A stretch of DNA of 64,000 bases from positions 2,170,001 through 2,234,000 of the forward strand of contig OZ234494.1 in NCBI GenBank assembly GCA_965153455.1. Direction: 5' to 3'. The notes beneath the pieces were generated by a model. That model ran no database searches and was not told where the DNA came from. It saw only the letters and a program-made list of their open reading frames with translations. Shown in pieces: positions 1 to 15,242 of this stretch. Every line of letters starts with the position of its first letter. Positions within the stretch are counted from its first letter, which is position 1. Source of the DNA: Sphagnum compactum. Taxonomy: Eukaryota. The translations under genes were made by a program, and so were the position numbers.

Positions 1-3000
1 CTTCCCTCTTTGGGTAGTCCCAAGTCACATCATCATGATTCAAAACCAACAAGAATTCAAAATTCAAAACTACAATGCTCCATGAGCAGTCCCTGTCCTA
101 AATGACCCATTCATCCAAATCATGTAATCATCCTACCCCCTTAACAATTGGAAGTTTGGCCTATATCATCCATGGGATAAATGAAAGAAAATGAAAAAAG
201 TTAAGGAAGGCACTACACCATAACTACTAGTAGGACATGCATAGTAAGAATAACTTCTTTGGATGATGCCTGCAACAAAGTGGAAAGTAAATAGGAAGAA
301 GGCAGAACATCAAAAAAAAGGAGAAAAAAGAATGAATGTATGGAAATAGACCAAAAGATAGATAGAAGGTTAGTAAACATAAATAGAGTGGATGCAGCCA
401 TAGCCTTGGAGATTGTGAGAGGACTACGACATGTTTCGGCCATGAAACAAATGAACAAAATGAAGAATTGGTTAGTGGAGGAAGATGAGGCATGGGCCAG
501 GAAGTGAAAAACTTATGTGAATATGTTGGGGGAATACATTGGGGGTAGATTAAAGTGGACTTCGTGGTGGATTTTTTGCATGGCCTGCTAATGAAATATG
601 CTAATGAAAGATGCTAGATGGGTGGTAGCCATGAGGGGCAAGGAAGTTTACATCAACAAGGAGTGACGATGGAAACCATGAAGCTTCCCCACATTGTAAG
701 AAACATGTCATTCCTAGATGTCACAATTATTGTCCGTTAAAAAATTAGGCACATGGTGTCACTACTAGCAAAATTTGTCACAAGTGGGTCAACCATGCAC
801 CAAATGTTGGGACAATATTCACTTTGTGTTGTGCATTGTTGCAAGTTATTCAACTCAAGAATGATTAATCTTATTGTTCCTTTACTATGGTGTTATTTCT
901 TCAAATGGCAGAAGAGGGAGGCATCATCAATTGGGCTGGGTTGGTTATGTTGGGTTTGCAATAGGATATGTGTAAATGGCTAGAGGGAGCTTAGCCTAAG
1001 GAGTTGGAAATTGCCCAAGTCATGGATGTATTGTTGAGGTGGTGGTTTCCAATGGAGAATGAAGCATTTAGAGGGGAAGGGGACAACATCAAGGAACCAC
1101 AAACTAGCACAAGGGGGGGTTCACTCCTTCACCAAATGTTATAAGCATGAGGAGGGACATGGTACTAGAGCAACTACCATTTCCCCCCAAACACAATGAC
1201 CACATGTGGAATAGTTGACGAAAAAGAAGGCAAGGAAGGAAGGTAAAAAGGTAGCCAACTTTCAACCTAAAACTAGATGATGTTGGTTTACAAGGAAGGG
1301 CAAACGATACTTCCATCTTTTTAAGGGAAAAAGTTCTAGAAAAATGTGAACCTTACGATCCCTACATTACTACAAAATGTGGGTGTAGTTCACTAGTCCT
1401 TTTTCACTAGGCTAATGAATTCATTGCATCCCCATTAGGTCCAGTTCATTACGACTAATGAATTCACTCAAAATCTTGTGAAATCATTTGATGTACAGAG
1501 TCACCTTTAATCCAAGTGAAATCACTTGACATACAAAGACATCTTTAATCCATTGGCCAACATAAGAAACAGTAGTTCCCAACTACTTACCATCACCTTC
1601 CCCCTTTCTGAATCCTTCAATTACTTTTAGGGGGAGATGGATCTAGTTTAAATTGAGGTGGTACTTTTGGACCCCTATGATTACCTTTAAAACCAAGACA
1701 TGGAGAAAGCAACACAAGTAAGGGGGTAATGCTAGCCACTATTGCCCTTCCCTAAACAATAATGGAAGTATGATTTCCATCAAAGCCACCTATCATGCAT
1801 TTTAGACTATTTTAGAAAAGGTGGTAATGGCGAAGATGGTATTCCCAACCCCCACTATCGTCCCCCAAGGAATAGGTGGCCCTTTTAATACAAAAGGCAC
1901 CTCATCAAAGGAGACCAGGGCCTGGGTAATAGAGATGGCCAACTTGCAAGCTACCTTCAACCAAAAATGGGTAATTTTGGGCATGGTGATAGGGTAGATG
2001 GAAATTATGAGGATGGATAAGGCAATAATGGTGTAAAGTTAAAAACAAATTGAAGAATTGGCCCAGGAACTCAAGTTTCAAGTAACAATCCTAAAGGAGA
2101 ATTTCAACCAAGGACGACAATGGGAGGAAAAACATTTTATCTTCTTAAAGGAACTCAAAGTTACACAATTGTTATTTTTTTAGATTTGATGTTTTTTAGA
2201 GATGTGCAACCATCACAAATCTATGCACATATGCATTAGTGGAAAGAGATATTTGCACTTTTCAAGGTAATCTCACTTTGCAAAATCTTGATATTCTTGG
2301 CAATGGAGATATGTCATATGTATTATACTACGTAAAATGTATCACATGTATGTGCATCATAGGTAGATGGGATTGTAGGTTTCTACATTTTGTGTTCTAG
2401 GTACAAATAACATTTGAGAGGAAATTTATTTTTGTTGTTTTAGAACATTTTGTATAGTTCTTTCTTTTGTTGGGTGTGGACTAATGTTGTTTAGTTTTTG
2501 ATTTCAAAAGGAACCTTTGGTCCCAATTCAAACTTTTTTATAAAAAAAACCCTCTAGTTCAAGAGGTTCTAATTTTGAGATTGGTTTTTTGAATAATTAA
2601 AAATTTTGGTTTTTGTCATTTTCACAAAGAATTTAAAGCTAATCCAATTTAAGACCAAGTCTAATTTCATTTCCATTTCAACCAAATACATTTTTTTGGG
2701 TGTAATATTAGTTTGGTTGTACATAATTAATTATGTAAAATCAATTAAATGTAATAAACTTAAAATGTAGGGCCAAACATATACCTTATAAAGTTGTACT
2801 TATCTACCTAGAAAACGTAAACTTGTTTAAAATGAAGTAGCACCCCCGATTAAGGTTCTAATTCAATTTTGAAAAAAAACCAATTGCCCAATTAAGTTCC
2901 AATGGTAGATCCAACAAAATTAGAAACCCTAGAACTTGACCTATAACATGGACCTAAACTTGTTTAAATCTTAGAACCTAACAACATTGGTTTGGATCAT

Positions 3001-3260
3001 CATTGAAGTCATGAGATGTAAAAATAAGTTAGATTGTTTGTGGGGCCATTGTTGGTTCTTGTGGGAATATGTTTAGATCTTTCACATAATTTATAGTTTT
3101 GTATTAATGTTTCCACCAATGACATTTGGTTTTATGAAATTGGTGAGAAATGGTTGGCTTGCAAATAAGTCTTACAAATGACATTTAGTTTTATTGAAAC
3201 TACTGAGATATGGTTGGTTTGCAAAATAAGTCTTACATTGTGGCCACTTATGTTCAAGTG

Positions 3261-4081
3261 TGTCGCAACCCTACTTTGAAGAGAGTGTGAGGATGAGACT
3301 CACACTCCTGAAATGGGGACTTGGGAGTCCTCTTGGACTCTTGAAACTTCAGAGTTCGATTGCAGGGGTCAAAACACCTTGCATTGAAGAGTTCTTTATA
3401 TCATTGGAAAGCTATTGAAGTGTAAATGTCGAAAATGGGCTCGCATGAGTCATTTGGACATCTGTAGCACAAGTTATGACCAAAAGAAAGGCCGGGAGTC
3501 AAACTGGCAATTTGACTCCTGACCACTAAAAGTTGGGAATCGACCCGACCCCGGTGCGTGCAGGTGAAGTGCGACACACGTTGAAAAGCTCTCAACGAGA
3601 GCTACAACTTTGCTTCAGACCTCGTCCCAATCGGAGGTCTGAGTAAAGAGCTATAGCCTCACAAAGTTGTGGGAGTCCAAACCGGGACAGTTTTGGGACT
3701 CCTCCTTGGGAGTCCCGGGACAAAAAGCCATTCGGATGTAGGCTCTGCGGAGAGACGCAGAGAATACTATATGGGGGAAGGTGGCAGCTTCCCCCGAGTT
3801 CGGGCCGTGGTGAGTCTTGTGAGTCCAGAGTTGCCCGTGGCTTGTCCTATCACTAAAGGTGATCCAGAAAGTGATCTAACCAACTTGTTGGTTGGTTTGA
3901 TGCAGATTCGAGTGAGTAATTAAAGCTTGTCACTCTTCCTAATCCCATCTCGGAGCCTCAGCATGCCCCTCTACCCCTTTTAGTGCTGAGAGCTGGGAGC
4001 GTGCCCCGAGTTCTTCACAATTCCGCTGTTTAAGTAACTTGGACCCATCTTGGGTCTAACTAGAAACTTGGGAGCGCGTCA
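3261..4081. mobile_element. Solo LTR (821 bp) of an LTR retrotransposon
   Basis: Begins TGTCGC and ends GCGTCA (TG...CA). Flanked by identical 5-bp AAGTG at 3256-3260 and 4082-4086 (TSD). GC-richer than flanks, no internal coding region. Confidence 0.85.
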
Positions 4082-6474
4082 AAGTGTCACATTTGCAAGT
4101 TCCAATCTTCACTTGCAACAAAGGATTCCTTTCCACATGGGCCTAATTTGGGCATAGTTTAAGCTTTCTATACTAAATGGTGTTGTAAAAGCACCTCAAA
4201 AGCACATTAATCCTAAGGTTACATGATTAGTTTTTGGCATCTAAGACTTCTTGCAACTAGTTGGATCCACATTATGTTACAAGGAATAATGTGACATGGG
4301 TTGCTTTCATGCAGAATCACGGTGTTTCTATTAGGTATATTACACAACATCGATACTCCATACATCAACCACTTGAAGCTACCTTTCGGGGAGGTAAAGA
4401 CACTTCCAATGCAAATTTGTTGCCTTGCTCTTGCATCCTCTAGAAGATGCTTCAACATTTTAGGAATTTTAACTAACTTGACTTGGGCGATTCACACAAA
4501 ATTTATATGAGTGCTATTTGTCATGTTCGATGTGCTAAATTTGTTGGTGGGTTCTTTTGCAACACCATGGATTTGTTTTTTGCACCTTGGAAAATAACAT
4601 AATTTCTTTGTTTGCTAATACACATTTGTGAATCCAATAAGCAAATGCCACATTACATTGCAAAATTGGACATGTGGTTGTGTGTACTAATATTCCTTGT
4701 CATTCACATATAGTCTTAATTACCATGTGTCCATGAATCAATTTGTGGGTGATTCACAAAGTATGCAAATAAATTGTACTTGTTGGCCACCATTGCTTGT
4801 TACACATAGCACAAGTCAACAACACAAGTATGATTCATACGAACTTATTTTGTGTTTTAAAGAGGTGGCTTGAGTCACAATTGGTTTCTATGTGGAGAAT
4901 GGCATAGTTTGACACTTATTCCTCTTACTATTCAATAGCCACAAAAGCTACTATGTTTGTGCTTTTGTTGTCATCTCTTCTACCATACCTTGTGTTTAGT
5001 AGCCCCTAGTACTTAAGGGTGAAAAAAAACCCAGCCACTTGAACCTAAGACTAAAACCCATGGCTAGGGATTAATCAAAGGTTATATAGTATCAATTTAA
5101 AAATTATATAATTAAATATAATTCATACTAGAGCTAAATAATTTCTACATAGCCAATTGGAATCACCATCCAAAAACAAAATTTATGCCACCTTGGCATA
5201 CCACCAAAAGCACATTTTAGCCATTCACCCTACCTGGAGAATTTGAATAACAAAAACCTTGATCATAACTAACTAGATATATCCTTCCTATCCAATAAGG
5301 GTAATCATTAATTTAAGCATTAAGCATTTTGTTACCATTTGTTAGGTCATGAAAAACCTCTCCACATTGATATTTCTTTAAGACCCCTATGACTGGCATC
5401 CAATATGAACCCCTTTCACTGGCATATGGTAAAACCCTTCCTTGGTATTGAAGAGGTTTTAAGAAATCTCCTTCCCCAACTGACCTTTTCTTTGCAAATG
5501 GTTGTGCACAAAAACCAATACAAACCAACTTTACGTTCAATCTTGTGCCTGGCCTCAGATTGTCACCAGTAATTCTATGTGAATTTTCATGTGGTGCTCA
5601 TGCAAATTCTAACACACCAGAGGAGCAACTTCTATTTAGTAGAATCTATTTGTCAATTGTCATCCATGTGTACACAAGGATCATCTCACTCACACTTGTT
5701 TTCTTTTTACAATTAAGACATCAGCAAGATGTATCACAAGCCTTAGAACTTCAGTGCTCATTGCAACAACAAAATGGACACACCAACCATGAAAACGAAA
5801 CTAAAGTTACATAGTGATCCAAGGTTGATCAACAATGACAAAAGTGCTAACCCTTCTGCATAGGAACCTGGTTAATCACTTGTGCACTGTTTCGTTGGCA
5901 CAGAAACCAAACACTGTGATTTTCTTACCAACAAACTTTTGGCCAAGCCATTTGTGCTATCTAGTTGAACTCCTGCCATCAACTTAGTGATGTCCATAGT
6001 TATGCCCTTCAACACAAAAGGTTACAGAGAGGTGATTTGTTGAAGGCATATATCTCATTACATCACCAGAAGGTGAAAATGCAACAAAGGGCATCCATCT
6101 TAATCAGGGGTTACTTGAATTTTAAAAGACTGGTGGGGACAACAACAGGGATTGCAAGGGCAAAATGAAAGTGAAAGTGCAATAACCCCAACTAACGGAC
6201 CTCTGCAAATCACGTTGGACATATGCAAGAACCTGAAGTAATTGTAAATACTTACTGGACATAGACTCCCAAAGTTCAAAAAAACTGCAAAGAATGGAGT
6301 ACAAGTTATAACTTGGCATGTCACTCACATGCTCGTCATGATATATATATATATATATATATGCTATGTACAATCATGCCAGACAGTAATGATGCAGTTA
6401 TTAGGTCAAATTGTCTTTACCACAAGAGATGTGCCTCTAAACCAGTCCAGACTGTCCTAATGAGGTTCCAGACA

Positions 6475-9257
6475 TCAAAGAAATGAGTCATATGCTGGTG
6501 GGGGTTTTGAAATTGGTGGATAGGTAGATGTAAGGGGAGCATACTGGTCATAGCCAAGGTTAGGGTATCTTGCATCAACTGCATGTTCTGATGTAGGATG
6601 TGTAGCTGGAGGGTCGTTACTGCCACCAAAAGTGGACTGGTATTCGTTATCTGCAAATCCTGCAGTCTGCCCTCTCCTGCCCTCCTGCTTGTCCAACATG
6701 GCTGCCTTCTCCTTTGTTTTCTGGCTCACATCTGCAGCAGCCTTTGAAACCCTGGCAAAAGCCCCTGTAACCCAAGTTGCACTTGTTAAGACATACCTAT
6801 TTTTCATGAGAACAGATCCTGCTGTATTCACTTTCTGCTCAGCTGCAGCAAATGCCGATCGTGTCTTTTCAGAAACTGAGAACTTCTGGTCCACTGACTT
6901 CAGCTGTTGATTCACAGCTTGAGTACCTGCACTCAACTTCTCAGTAATACCCGTCTTTCTATCGAAGTTGGATACTGTGGCTGTTGCACTTGCTGTCAAC
7001 TGGTGCTTCTCATCAAATGCTCTTGCCTTACCCATCACATCCTTCCCCAAAATAAAACCTCTTGCCAGCATGGTTGCAATCACATCCTGTGCACTATTTT
7101 GACTGTGCCCAGAGCTCAAACCTGTGTGCTCAGACTGCACCAAATTCCAGACGATATCAAAAGTAAGTGTTTAACATTAACCAATTTAACTGACACAAGA
7201 AGAAACCTCTGCAAAAAGCCTCCAGTTGACAAATTGCAACACAATGGCAAGATGAACCATCATCAAAGAGGCGCCACATGAAATTGCAGAAATATATGCA
7301 ACTGAGGACCAAAGCATTGAGCCTTGATATCCTGAAGTTGAATGTTGAACATTCATAAAATATGGCACTACTATCTTACCTATTTTCATCAGTCTGTCTT
7401 TCAGCAATGAAACTTAGACACACCCTAGGCAAATGATGGATTAGGGATTCCTTCCCACACATTCATGGTTAGGGCTGTGATGCCACACATCATAGTCCTT
7501 TCCACTTCAATTTCAATTCTCTTCACAGGAACTTAGTGGAACTCTGACATTGAAATTTCTGCTCAAAACTTCTTGAGTTATGGTTTGAGAAGAACAGAAG
7601 ATACATATAGGAAGGTAATCCTGGAATTGTAACATTCACATCTCCTTTTCCTGTCTACTTCCCTTCCCAAGACCATCAAATCTATTACTGCACTGCTGCA
7701 TAATTGCTTAACTGTGTAAAGAGTGATGTAAAGTTAAGGAGCAAACCCTGGACTCTGTATACTTGATCTCTGATGGCATAGAAGTAGTTGTGCTGGCAGT
7801 TTGCAATTCATCTTCCAGTGGAAATATATTCACTGCTTGATCCACAATTACTGCACCCTGAAAATTAAGTTCAAAATTGATCAGGCAGACTCAATCATTC
7901 TGTGCTAAGAATGTGAAAATGTTGTAAGCAAATGTATAATAGGTTAACAAATACTTATAGGGTTATAAAACTACTGGCAGATTGTGTCACAATGTTGTCT
8001 AAATCAAAGCTGCCATGTCTGTGGACTGACCTATTGTGAAAGCTTTTGAATACAGCTGAGGTGGTATGCATATTAGAAAATTCCTCTTGGCAAGGTGATA
8101 CAAACTCACCGAGAGAAGAAGAGCAGTATCTAGAGCCTGGGCCTCCTTGAAGGTTACATATGCAACCTGTGAACCCCCTCCATCTCTGGAGAGCTTACCA
8201 CACACTGATCAGTAGATGGGGTACCCAGATTACAATCTTTAGAGGCAACAGCTGCATACAGATTGCCTGTAAGAGATAACTGTAAATTGTTTTTGGAGAA
8301 ATGAAAAACTGACCTTTCAAGCTCAATATTCTGGATCTCACCAGAGAAGGAGAAAAAATCCATTATGTCATGTTGTGTGGCTTTCGGTGAGACATTGGTG
8401 ACTTTAACAGTCTGTATTTCAGGTCAACACAACCTAAATCATCAGTTGCTGAACAAAACTGAGCTTCAAAATTTGTAAGGTTATTCCTCCTACGAAAACT
8501 GTACTGAAAATTCTCCTTGACCTCAAAAACATCATAAGAGCATAATGAGAAGCCCACCATTGTGTATCACAAGAACAATAAAGGCAAAACCAGGACCTTG
8601 TAGTCAAATAAACCCTAAGTTTCTTGACAAACTCAACATCGGCATCAAAAAGGGCAAGGTGAGAAATAAGGTTAGGGACATCCCATGAACTGAGAGATCA
8701 GAATACGGTCTATCCATGGCAAAGCATGAGGAGACATGTGACAGGATAAAAGACAATGCACATGATGTCCAATCGGTACAGTAGACGCTAACAGATATTC
8801 TCCGCAGAATCCAAAAGTGCTGTAAAAACCTAAAATAGGTACATCGGCAAGGCCATTCCTAGAACGAAAGAGAGCACAGGATGCAAACTCTCCAGTACAA
8901 GACCCGATGGCTTTGGACAACGGCTTCAGAAAAAAATAAGCGAGTCAATCGTGGAGATAGACACACATATACACACAGAAATACCGCCAGAAGAATGTCC
9001 AAAACGGGTTAACCGCTCACAGAACGTAGCCAACACTTCCGTTACAGCATGTGCAAAAACATAGGACCGATCATAAAGGGCAAGAAAACACACAGAGACA
9101 AAACTGTAGGAACAAAAAAAAATTTCAAAAAGACTTGCGAACAAACAAACCTCGTTGTCTACAAGACTTACTGATACTAAAAACTGAGATCTGTGAAAGA
9201 AAAATTTAGATGAAGCTCGGAAAGAATACGAGACAAAGGAGGGCTTCATACCGCCAT
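6475..9257 (-). CDS. RRM-domain protein of the plant BPA1 (binding partner of ACD11)-like family, 5 coding exons
   Basis: Exons approx. 9252-9257 (ATG GCG|GT), 8314-8411 (TVKVTNVSPKATQHDIMDFFSFSGEIQNIELE), 8110-8188 (SQVAYVTFKEAQALDTALLLS), 7748-7858 (GAVIVDQAVNI), 6475-7134 (AQDVIATMLARGFILGKDVMGKARAFDEKH...NRYVLTSATWVTGAFARV). RNP motifs and the BPA1-type C-terminal block recognised. Confidence 0.88.
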
Positions 9258-11767
9258 GAGAACGCTGGCTCCACGTTGATTAGGAAGTCGAGAAACACAG
9301 GGAAACGCAGGCTCCCGAAGACGATTTTTGTTGCCGGAACGCTCCACACACAGAGAGGGAGAAGGAAGGAAGAAAGAACGTAAATGTGACGGGCATTTTG
9401 AAAAATGAAATGCTGTTTTTTTTTTTCCCAATCGCCCGATTTTTATATATAAGTTCCAGTAGGTAGCCAAGAATATAGAATGATTTTTTTGGTTCCTATT
9501 TCCATAGAATCTAGTATGTTGGCTAAATTATTTTCTGAACGATCGCCACTTTGGCATCATCACAAAATCCTTAAAAGAAACCCTGCCCTACACTTAAAGC
9601 TTATGAGGATCACAAGGCCACAGGAAGGGGACGATTCTTACACCTACTCCTAAAGAGTGGGAGAGATTTGATACCTGAAAGGTAAGCATAATGTTTCCCT
9701 ACCACTCTTGAGGAATAGGCCCTAAGATCTCTCTCCTCTTGCATAGGAGGATGGGATATTCATGTGTAAACTAAGGCCATAGGTGGCCTAGGGTGAGAGC
9801 ATTTTGGAAATGAGGGCCTTAGGACCAGTAACCCAGCTGGTGATCGAACACTTAAGCACTCAGGGCAGGCCGGATCCAAGGGGAGGGCTCAGTTGTTTCT
9901 GGTGTCCAACAAAACTTGAACCTTTTCTATTCTGACACATTGAAAATGATCGAAAATGGAATAGAGTTGAAAAAGTTATTGCCTCTCAAACTAGAGAAGG
10001 TTGAATTTTTTTTAAAAACACCCATTGAACGTTACAAAAGCCAGTTCTCAAACACCCATTTTTTTTTTTTGTGTACGTTATTCTGTTGTTATTAGAGTTC
10101 AAAGATGATTTGTAAAACTTTAGGTAACACTCCTATAGCACTTTAAATTGTTTAAAATGAATAAAAAATAATATTATAAGATTTGAAAATAGGAAGGGTC
10201 CAAAGAAAGAAAAAAACAAAAAACTGCGTTTTGTAAGTTGAAAACCATTTTTTTTTTCTTTTTTCTTTTTCATTTCTCCTTTTTCTTTGCACTTCAAAGA
10301 TGATTTCTAGAGCTTGAGGTAGCACTCTTCGTAACATTTTAAATCACTCAAAATGAAACACATATGATAAAAATATAAATAAGGGTTTGGCACAAAATAA
10401 AAAGAATGGTGATGACTTCACCCCTGACAACTCTCTAGACTAGAATCCTAGTATGCCCAGCTTCTACAAGCTGTAGCATATCTTGTGAACTGGACCAGAA
10501 GTCCATAGTTTACTTGGGAGAAGATTTTTACAAGATTGGAATACCAAGAAAAGAGTACATTATAAGTGGGACACCAAACTGCCTGAGTGTAATATTTTTC
10601 AGCCAGATATGGAGGGCTGATGACACCCATCAAGAACTGGGAACTAAGGATTGTAATGAACCCCCCACATCACTGCATAAATGCTCCAGTTTTTTCTTTC
10701 TTCTTTACTTTCTTACATGTAGCATCAGAGCAGAACTGAAATTCTATTTCCACATGATACCACTGCCACAAATCTCAGCACAACACCAACAAGGTAGTTT
10801 GGGAGTGCCATGGATCAAAATGACAGATGAGTTCTCATCATTCCATGGATCAAACTCATCATGTTCCATCATTCACTTCCTTGGATCAAACTGTCAACTA
10901 TGTCTGGAATAGGAATTGAATGTAAGTAGGGCTTTCTTACTAGGACTGAATATGAGTTAGCTTTTCAGACCTGTATGTGGCACACCTTCATCATGATCTG
11001 AAACACCACTAAGCTGTCTCACATGATAGTCCACTTGATCAATTCCTATGTTCACTTGATTGTTGGAGCTGATTTCCTTGTGCCAGCCTGCTTACAGTTG
11101 ACACCTTCTGAGAAGCGAATGCCAGTCAAATTAGTAACCCTTGCTCATGGCTATGCAAAGGTCATACATTCTGCCATGAAAATAGTTCTACAAAGATACC
11201 CCCAGCACATTGCATCACAATTGACCCCCAGTGACAAACTTCATTCAAGCTTGATAGAGTTTGACAGTGTCTCAAATATTGTAAGCTGCAACCTCTGTCC
11301 TTTTCACTAGTCCTATTCTCCAAAAAGTTAGTTCTGATCCCTTGAAACCCCTCAATATGCCTGCCAAATCTGCAAGAGATCAAACTGTCTTCAGGTCATG
11401 ATTTGTGCCTCTGGCTGGGAACTCAACAGCCATTATCACAAGTAATCACCATCTGCACAAGTTGAACCATCAATTGAACTGATTGGATGCTGAAAAGGCA
11501 TGGTTTATTAGGTGCCAGTGTGGTGTTGCTACTCCATCAGTACTTGCCATGGCCAAATGTTTAGCTTTCTGTACCCAGCCATGGCTGCAGAAAGCTAGCA
11601 TGGCAAGCTACAAACTGACTATTTTTGTGACACTGCACTGTAATGCCTACAAGAACATGAAATCTTCTACCCTGGCATTATGAAGTGCACAAAGACATCT
11701 GAGTTTGCTTTGAGTCCGAAAATGTCTGGTACAAGTCATCCACTTTGCTAGGAGAATGTCATGAGCA

Positions 11768-12966
11768 CTATGTTGGAACTTGGGATGGATCCACTGTTCC
11801 TCCTGTAGTTTCATGAGCTGATGCAGAGTTTGAATCTGGCATGTTGGACAGGGCATCAAAGAAATGTGTGCCACTGACTCTTGTGCTACCATTTGTTTCA
11901 ATTTCAATGGCCCTCTCCAAACCCTCCACCACTTGCTGCATAGTTGGCCTAGCTGCTTCAGAATCTTCAATGCTCCTGAGTGCTATTTCTGCTACCTTCC
12001 ATATGCTCTCAATATTGTTGAAATTGTTTTCCAATGCTTTGTCAATTAGGCCATCAATCCTCCCATGTTGTTGCATATGTAACTTTGCCTGAAAATTGCA
12101 TACTGGTTGGCATTGAAATGGAGCTCTTTATCCAAGTTTCAGAAAGTTGACAAAGTTGATTGAAAAAACTTTGAGGTTGTCTAGTTTCTATGGAAAAAGT
12201 AAGGAAACTTGAGAATAGTGTGGGTTGATTTGTTTGAAAATTTACTCTAGAACTTGTTGACAACAACAGGAGTGATTGTAACCAACAACCAAATCCTTGA
12301 ATTTTGTTGAGGCGACGAAAATCTTGGCCTGAAATTTTGTGACAAATCTTGTTGATTTCTAGATCATGACCACATGTTTACTGAAATCAATTTTTTTCAA
12401 TCTTCACAAGTAAGCTTGAAAGGAATTGGAGTTTTTAGAGAAATCGAAGTTGTTTTTAGAGTTGTTACTCACCTTTTCTCGAATGTGCACATAATCTTTA
12501 CTGAGATATGAACAACCACATATCAATTCCAGCAAAACAATCCCGAAGCTATAGACATCACTCTTTTTTGTTAATTGGCCTGTGCTGACAAAACTGAACA
12601 ATAACAAGATCAAAATTAGCCTAATTTTTGTAATATGAAGAAATTTCCAAGGCAAAAGACTGTAAATGAAGAAAATTGTTGGACATGACACAAGATGAAT
12701 GTAATAAGTGTTGCACAGCATGACAATGTGAGTAAATTTTGTTTTGACAGATACTGTAATCCTCCTAAAATGGTTCTCAATTGCATCTCATAAGATAAAG
12801 TTGACTCACAAACTTGTAGATTTAAAGTAAACCTCGAATTGAAAGAGGATGTAAATCTTGTTTGGAAACATACATTGGGTCGATATAACCGTAAGTGCCC
12901 TTGACGCGTGTGAAAACATGGGAGGCATCTGGTTCCAGTATCAACTTCGACACACCAAAATCAGCT
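11768..12966 (-). pseudogene. C-terminal half of a receptor-like kinase domain (subdomains VII-XI), 5'-truncated
   Basis: Exons 12874-~12966 (ADFGVSKLILEPDASHVFTRVKGTYGYIDP), 12473-12593 (GQLTKKSDVYSFGIVLLELICG), 11768-12088 (SIWKVAEIALRSIEDSEAARPTMQQVVEGLERAIEIE). No subdomain I-VI exons seen upstream on this strand. Confidence 0.85.
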
Positions 12967-13617
12967 TTTGGGTTTGCAACAAAATTTTGTCACAACTACT
13001 CTTCTCTTGGAATTGGAAAAATTAAGAACATAGATGGAAACAAAATCTACTTTCCTCGGTTCCTCTCTCGAAATCAAAAATAATCTATGGAATTGTTTGC
13101 TTCCAGTGCATAATTATCTACTGTGCTCCTCTCCCTCACACAAACATTCTCTCAAATCTCAGACACAACTCCAAAATGCAAAGAATTTTGAAAACCCTTG
13201 ATAAACCTCATTTGTCGCTTACTTGTTGCTCATTTCAAAACTCTCAAAGCTCCATCCAAAAACTGTCAACAGCCTCACTTGCTACACATGCACACACGAT
13301 TTCAACTCTTTGCAACAATCTGGAGCCCTCCAACCTATCTCAATTCACAACAAAGACTGCTCCAATCAGTTACACAAAAAAGATGACAAGAATCATTTTC
13401 CCAAATCTCACACATGAAGAAAAAAGTACACACATTGCCCATGCATGCTAAAACATAAGATACAAGATCAAACTCCGATGATCACCAATTTTGATGGTCA
13501 CCAAAATTTGACATGCTATTATTTTGCTATGTCGTGCATTAGTCACATATCCTACCTCTCACCAATGTTTTCTTTTCAACTTTTTGCAAGTGCTAAACTA
13601 GTAATGTATAATAGTGT

Positions 13618-13752
13618 ATAGGGAAAGTCCTCACACCGTGTGACTTCTTGGAATGCAGTTACGCCTACCAGGCCGGGTGGGCTACCACCCTAGCCCGCAC
13701 TTGTAGGCATGACCATATTGCAGGAAGTCTGCCTAACAAGGACTTCCCCTAT
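13618..13752. mobile_element. Small MITE-like element
   Basis: Terminal inverted repeats ATAGGGAAAGTCCT ... AGGACTTCCCCTAT (1 mismatch in 14) bracket a ~135-bp GC-richer segment. Confidence 0.55.
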
Positions 13753-15242
13753 GGTTCTAATCAGTGGTGCAATAGATCATTTTAGTGGAAGTGGAGAGAA
13801 ATTAAGTGCTTGTTCACTGCTGAAATAAATCAAAAGAAGCATAAAGGAATTCTTGTAGGTTAAAAGAAAAATATTATGTCATTGAAAGATATCGACTAAG
13901 CTCAGGGATCTTACTGCAATTCCCAGTAACCTCATGGCACTCACAAAGGTGTAGCGCAGAACACATGGTGGACCCTGTCTGCATGAGAACACAACCTAAA
14001 AATACACTTGAAATTTTTTCTAAGGTTTTTAGATATGAGTGAGGTCCCCCTTACTGACATTTGTTAGTCCGGTGAGTATCTCGAGATCTGGGCAGTAGGG
14101 GGGTGGAGCACTCACCAGAATAGCGGGAAATCTGCTAAATAGTGGGCCTGTATCTCAACTCTCAACATTTTACATAAAAACCCCAACTATTTCTGTGGGA
14201 CCAAGTACAAATAAGGGGTGAGTTGGGGGGGGGGGATCATGGAAACATCAGCAGGTGTACCTAGTCGGCTCAGAAGTCAGAACCCACCCTTGAAAATACA
14301 CTATAGAATTTGTAAAGGTGTTTATGTACTAAGCAACTGGCCAGGTAGTGGCCATTCCACCTAGAAATGTGACAAGCCGCTGTTACATTAGGTGATAATA
14401 GGTTCTACCAAGGCCTGTTCCAAAGCATAACTAATTTTCCAAACCTTTCATTCACATCTCAAGTTTGTTCTACTAGTTCACCAATTCACATTACAAATGA
14501 AACTGACTGTACCAAAAGTGGAACAAGCAGATGTGGATGCCGGTCCCAATCTAGGAAAAAGCCTAAAAATTTTAGAACCCCTGGCACACTTTTAGAACCC
14601 TGGGCTATGGGGAGATTAGCCGGGGAACAAGAATCCCATGAAAAAAAAATTCCTGTCCACTTACCATCCATCCATGGTGGTGCGTTCCTGGGTGCTGGTT
14701 TACTCTGGCCACACTTGAAGTGCTAGTAAAATTTTAGATCTGCTGTTCCCTTATGAGAAGCTGTGCACGAGAAGCGTACTTTGAAGCTTCGCCGGCAGTG
14801 CACAGCACATGCATTGCACTTTTGCCTTCGACGCTTAACCGCGTGGGTCTAACTTGGTCATCTGGTACGTTGTATCATATGTAACTACTCGTCACCTGCG
14901 CGCACAGCAATTCTTGCACATGACGTTTGGGGAATTGTCTAAACGTCTGTCCCATCGACAGTTTACATAACACTACCGCTAGCTTTCTCTTCGAATGTCG
15001 TTTTTGCTGTTTCGAACTCATGTGGCGTGACTAGTTTAGTACGTGTAGAATATTGAATCGGACTGCAAAATCCTTCACCTACAGCTGGAGGGAGGGAGAG
15101 TAACGAGAAACTGTTGAAGGAAGGAACACCGGGGAGAGAGTAAGGAGAAGCTCTTGCTCAAGGAAATCATTCACAGGCACCAGCTGCCAGGATCAGTAGA
15201 CTACTAGGAGACATTCGTTGCAGTTCCCAGCTGGCAGGGAGG

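Noticed and set aside
1-3200. Degenerate TE-like or coding-like sequence
   Set aside because: No recognisable motif, long ORF or termini to support a call.
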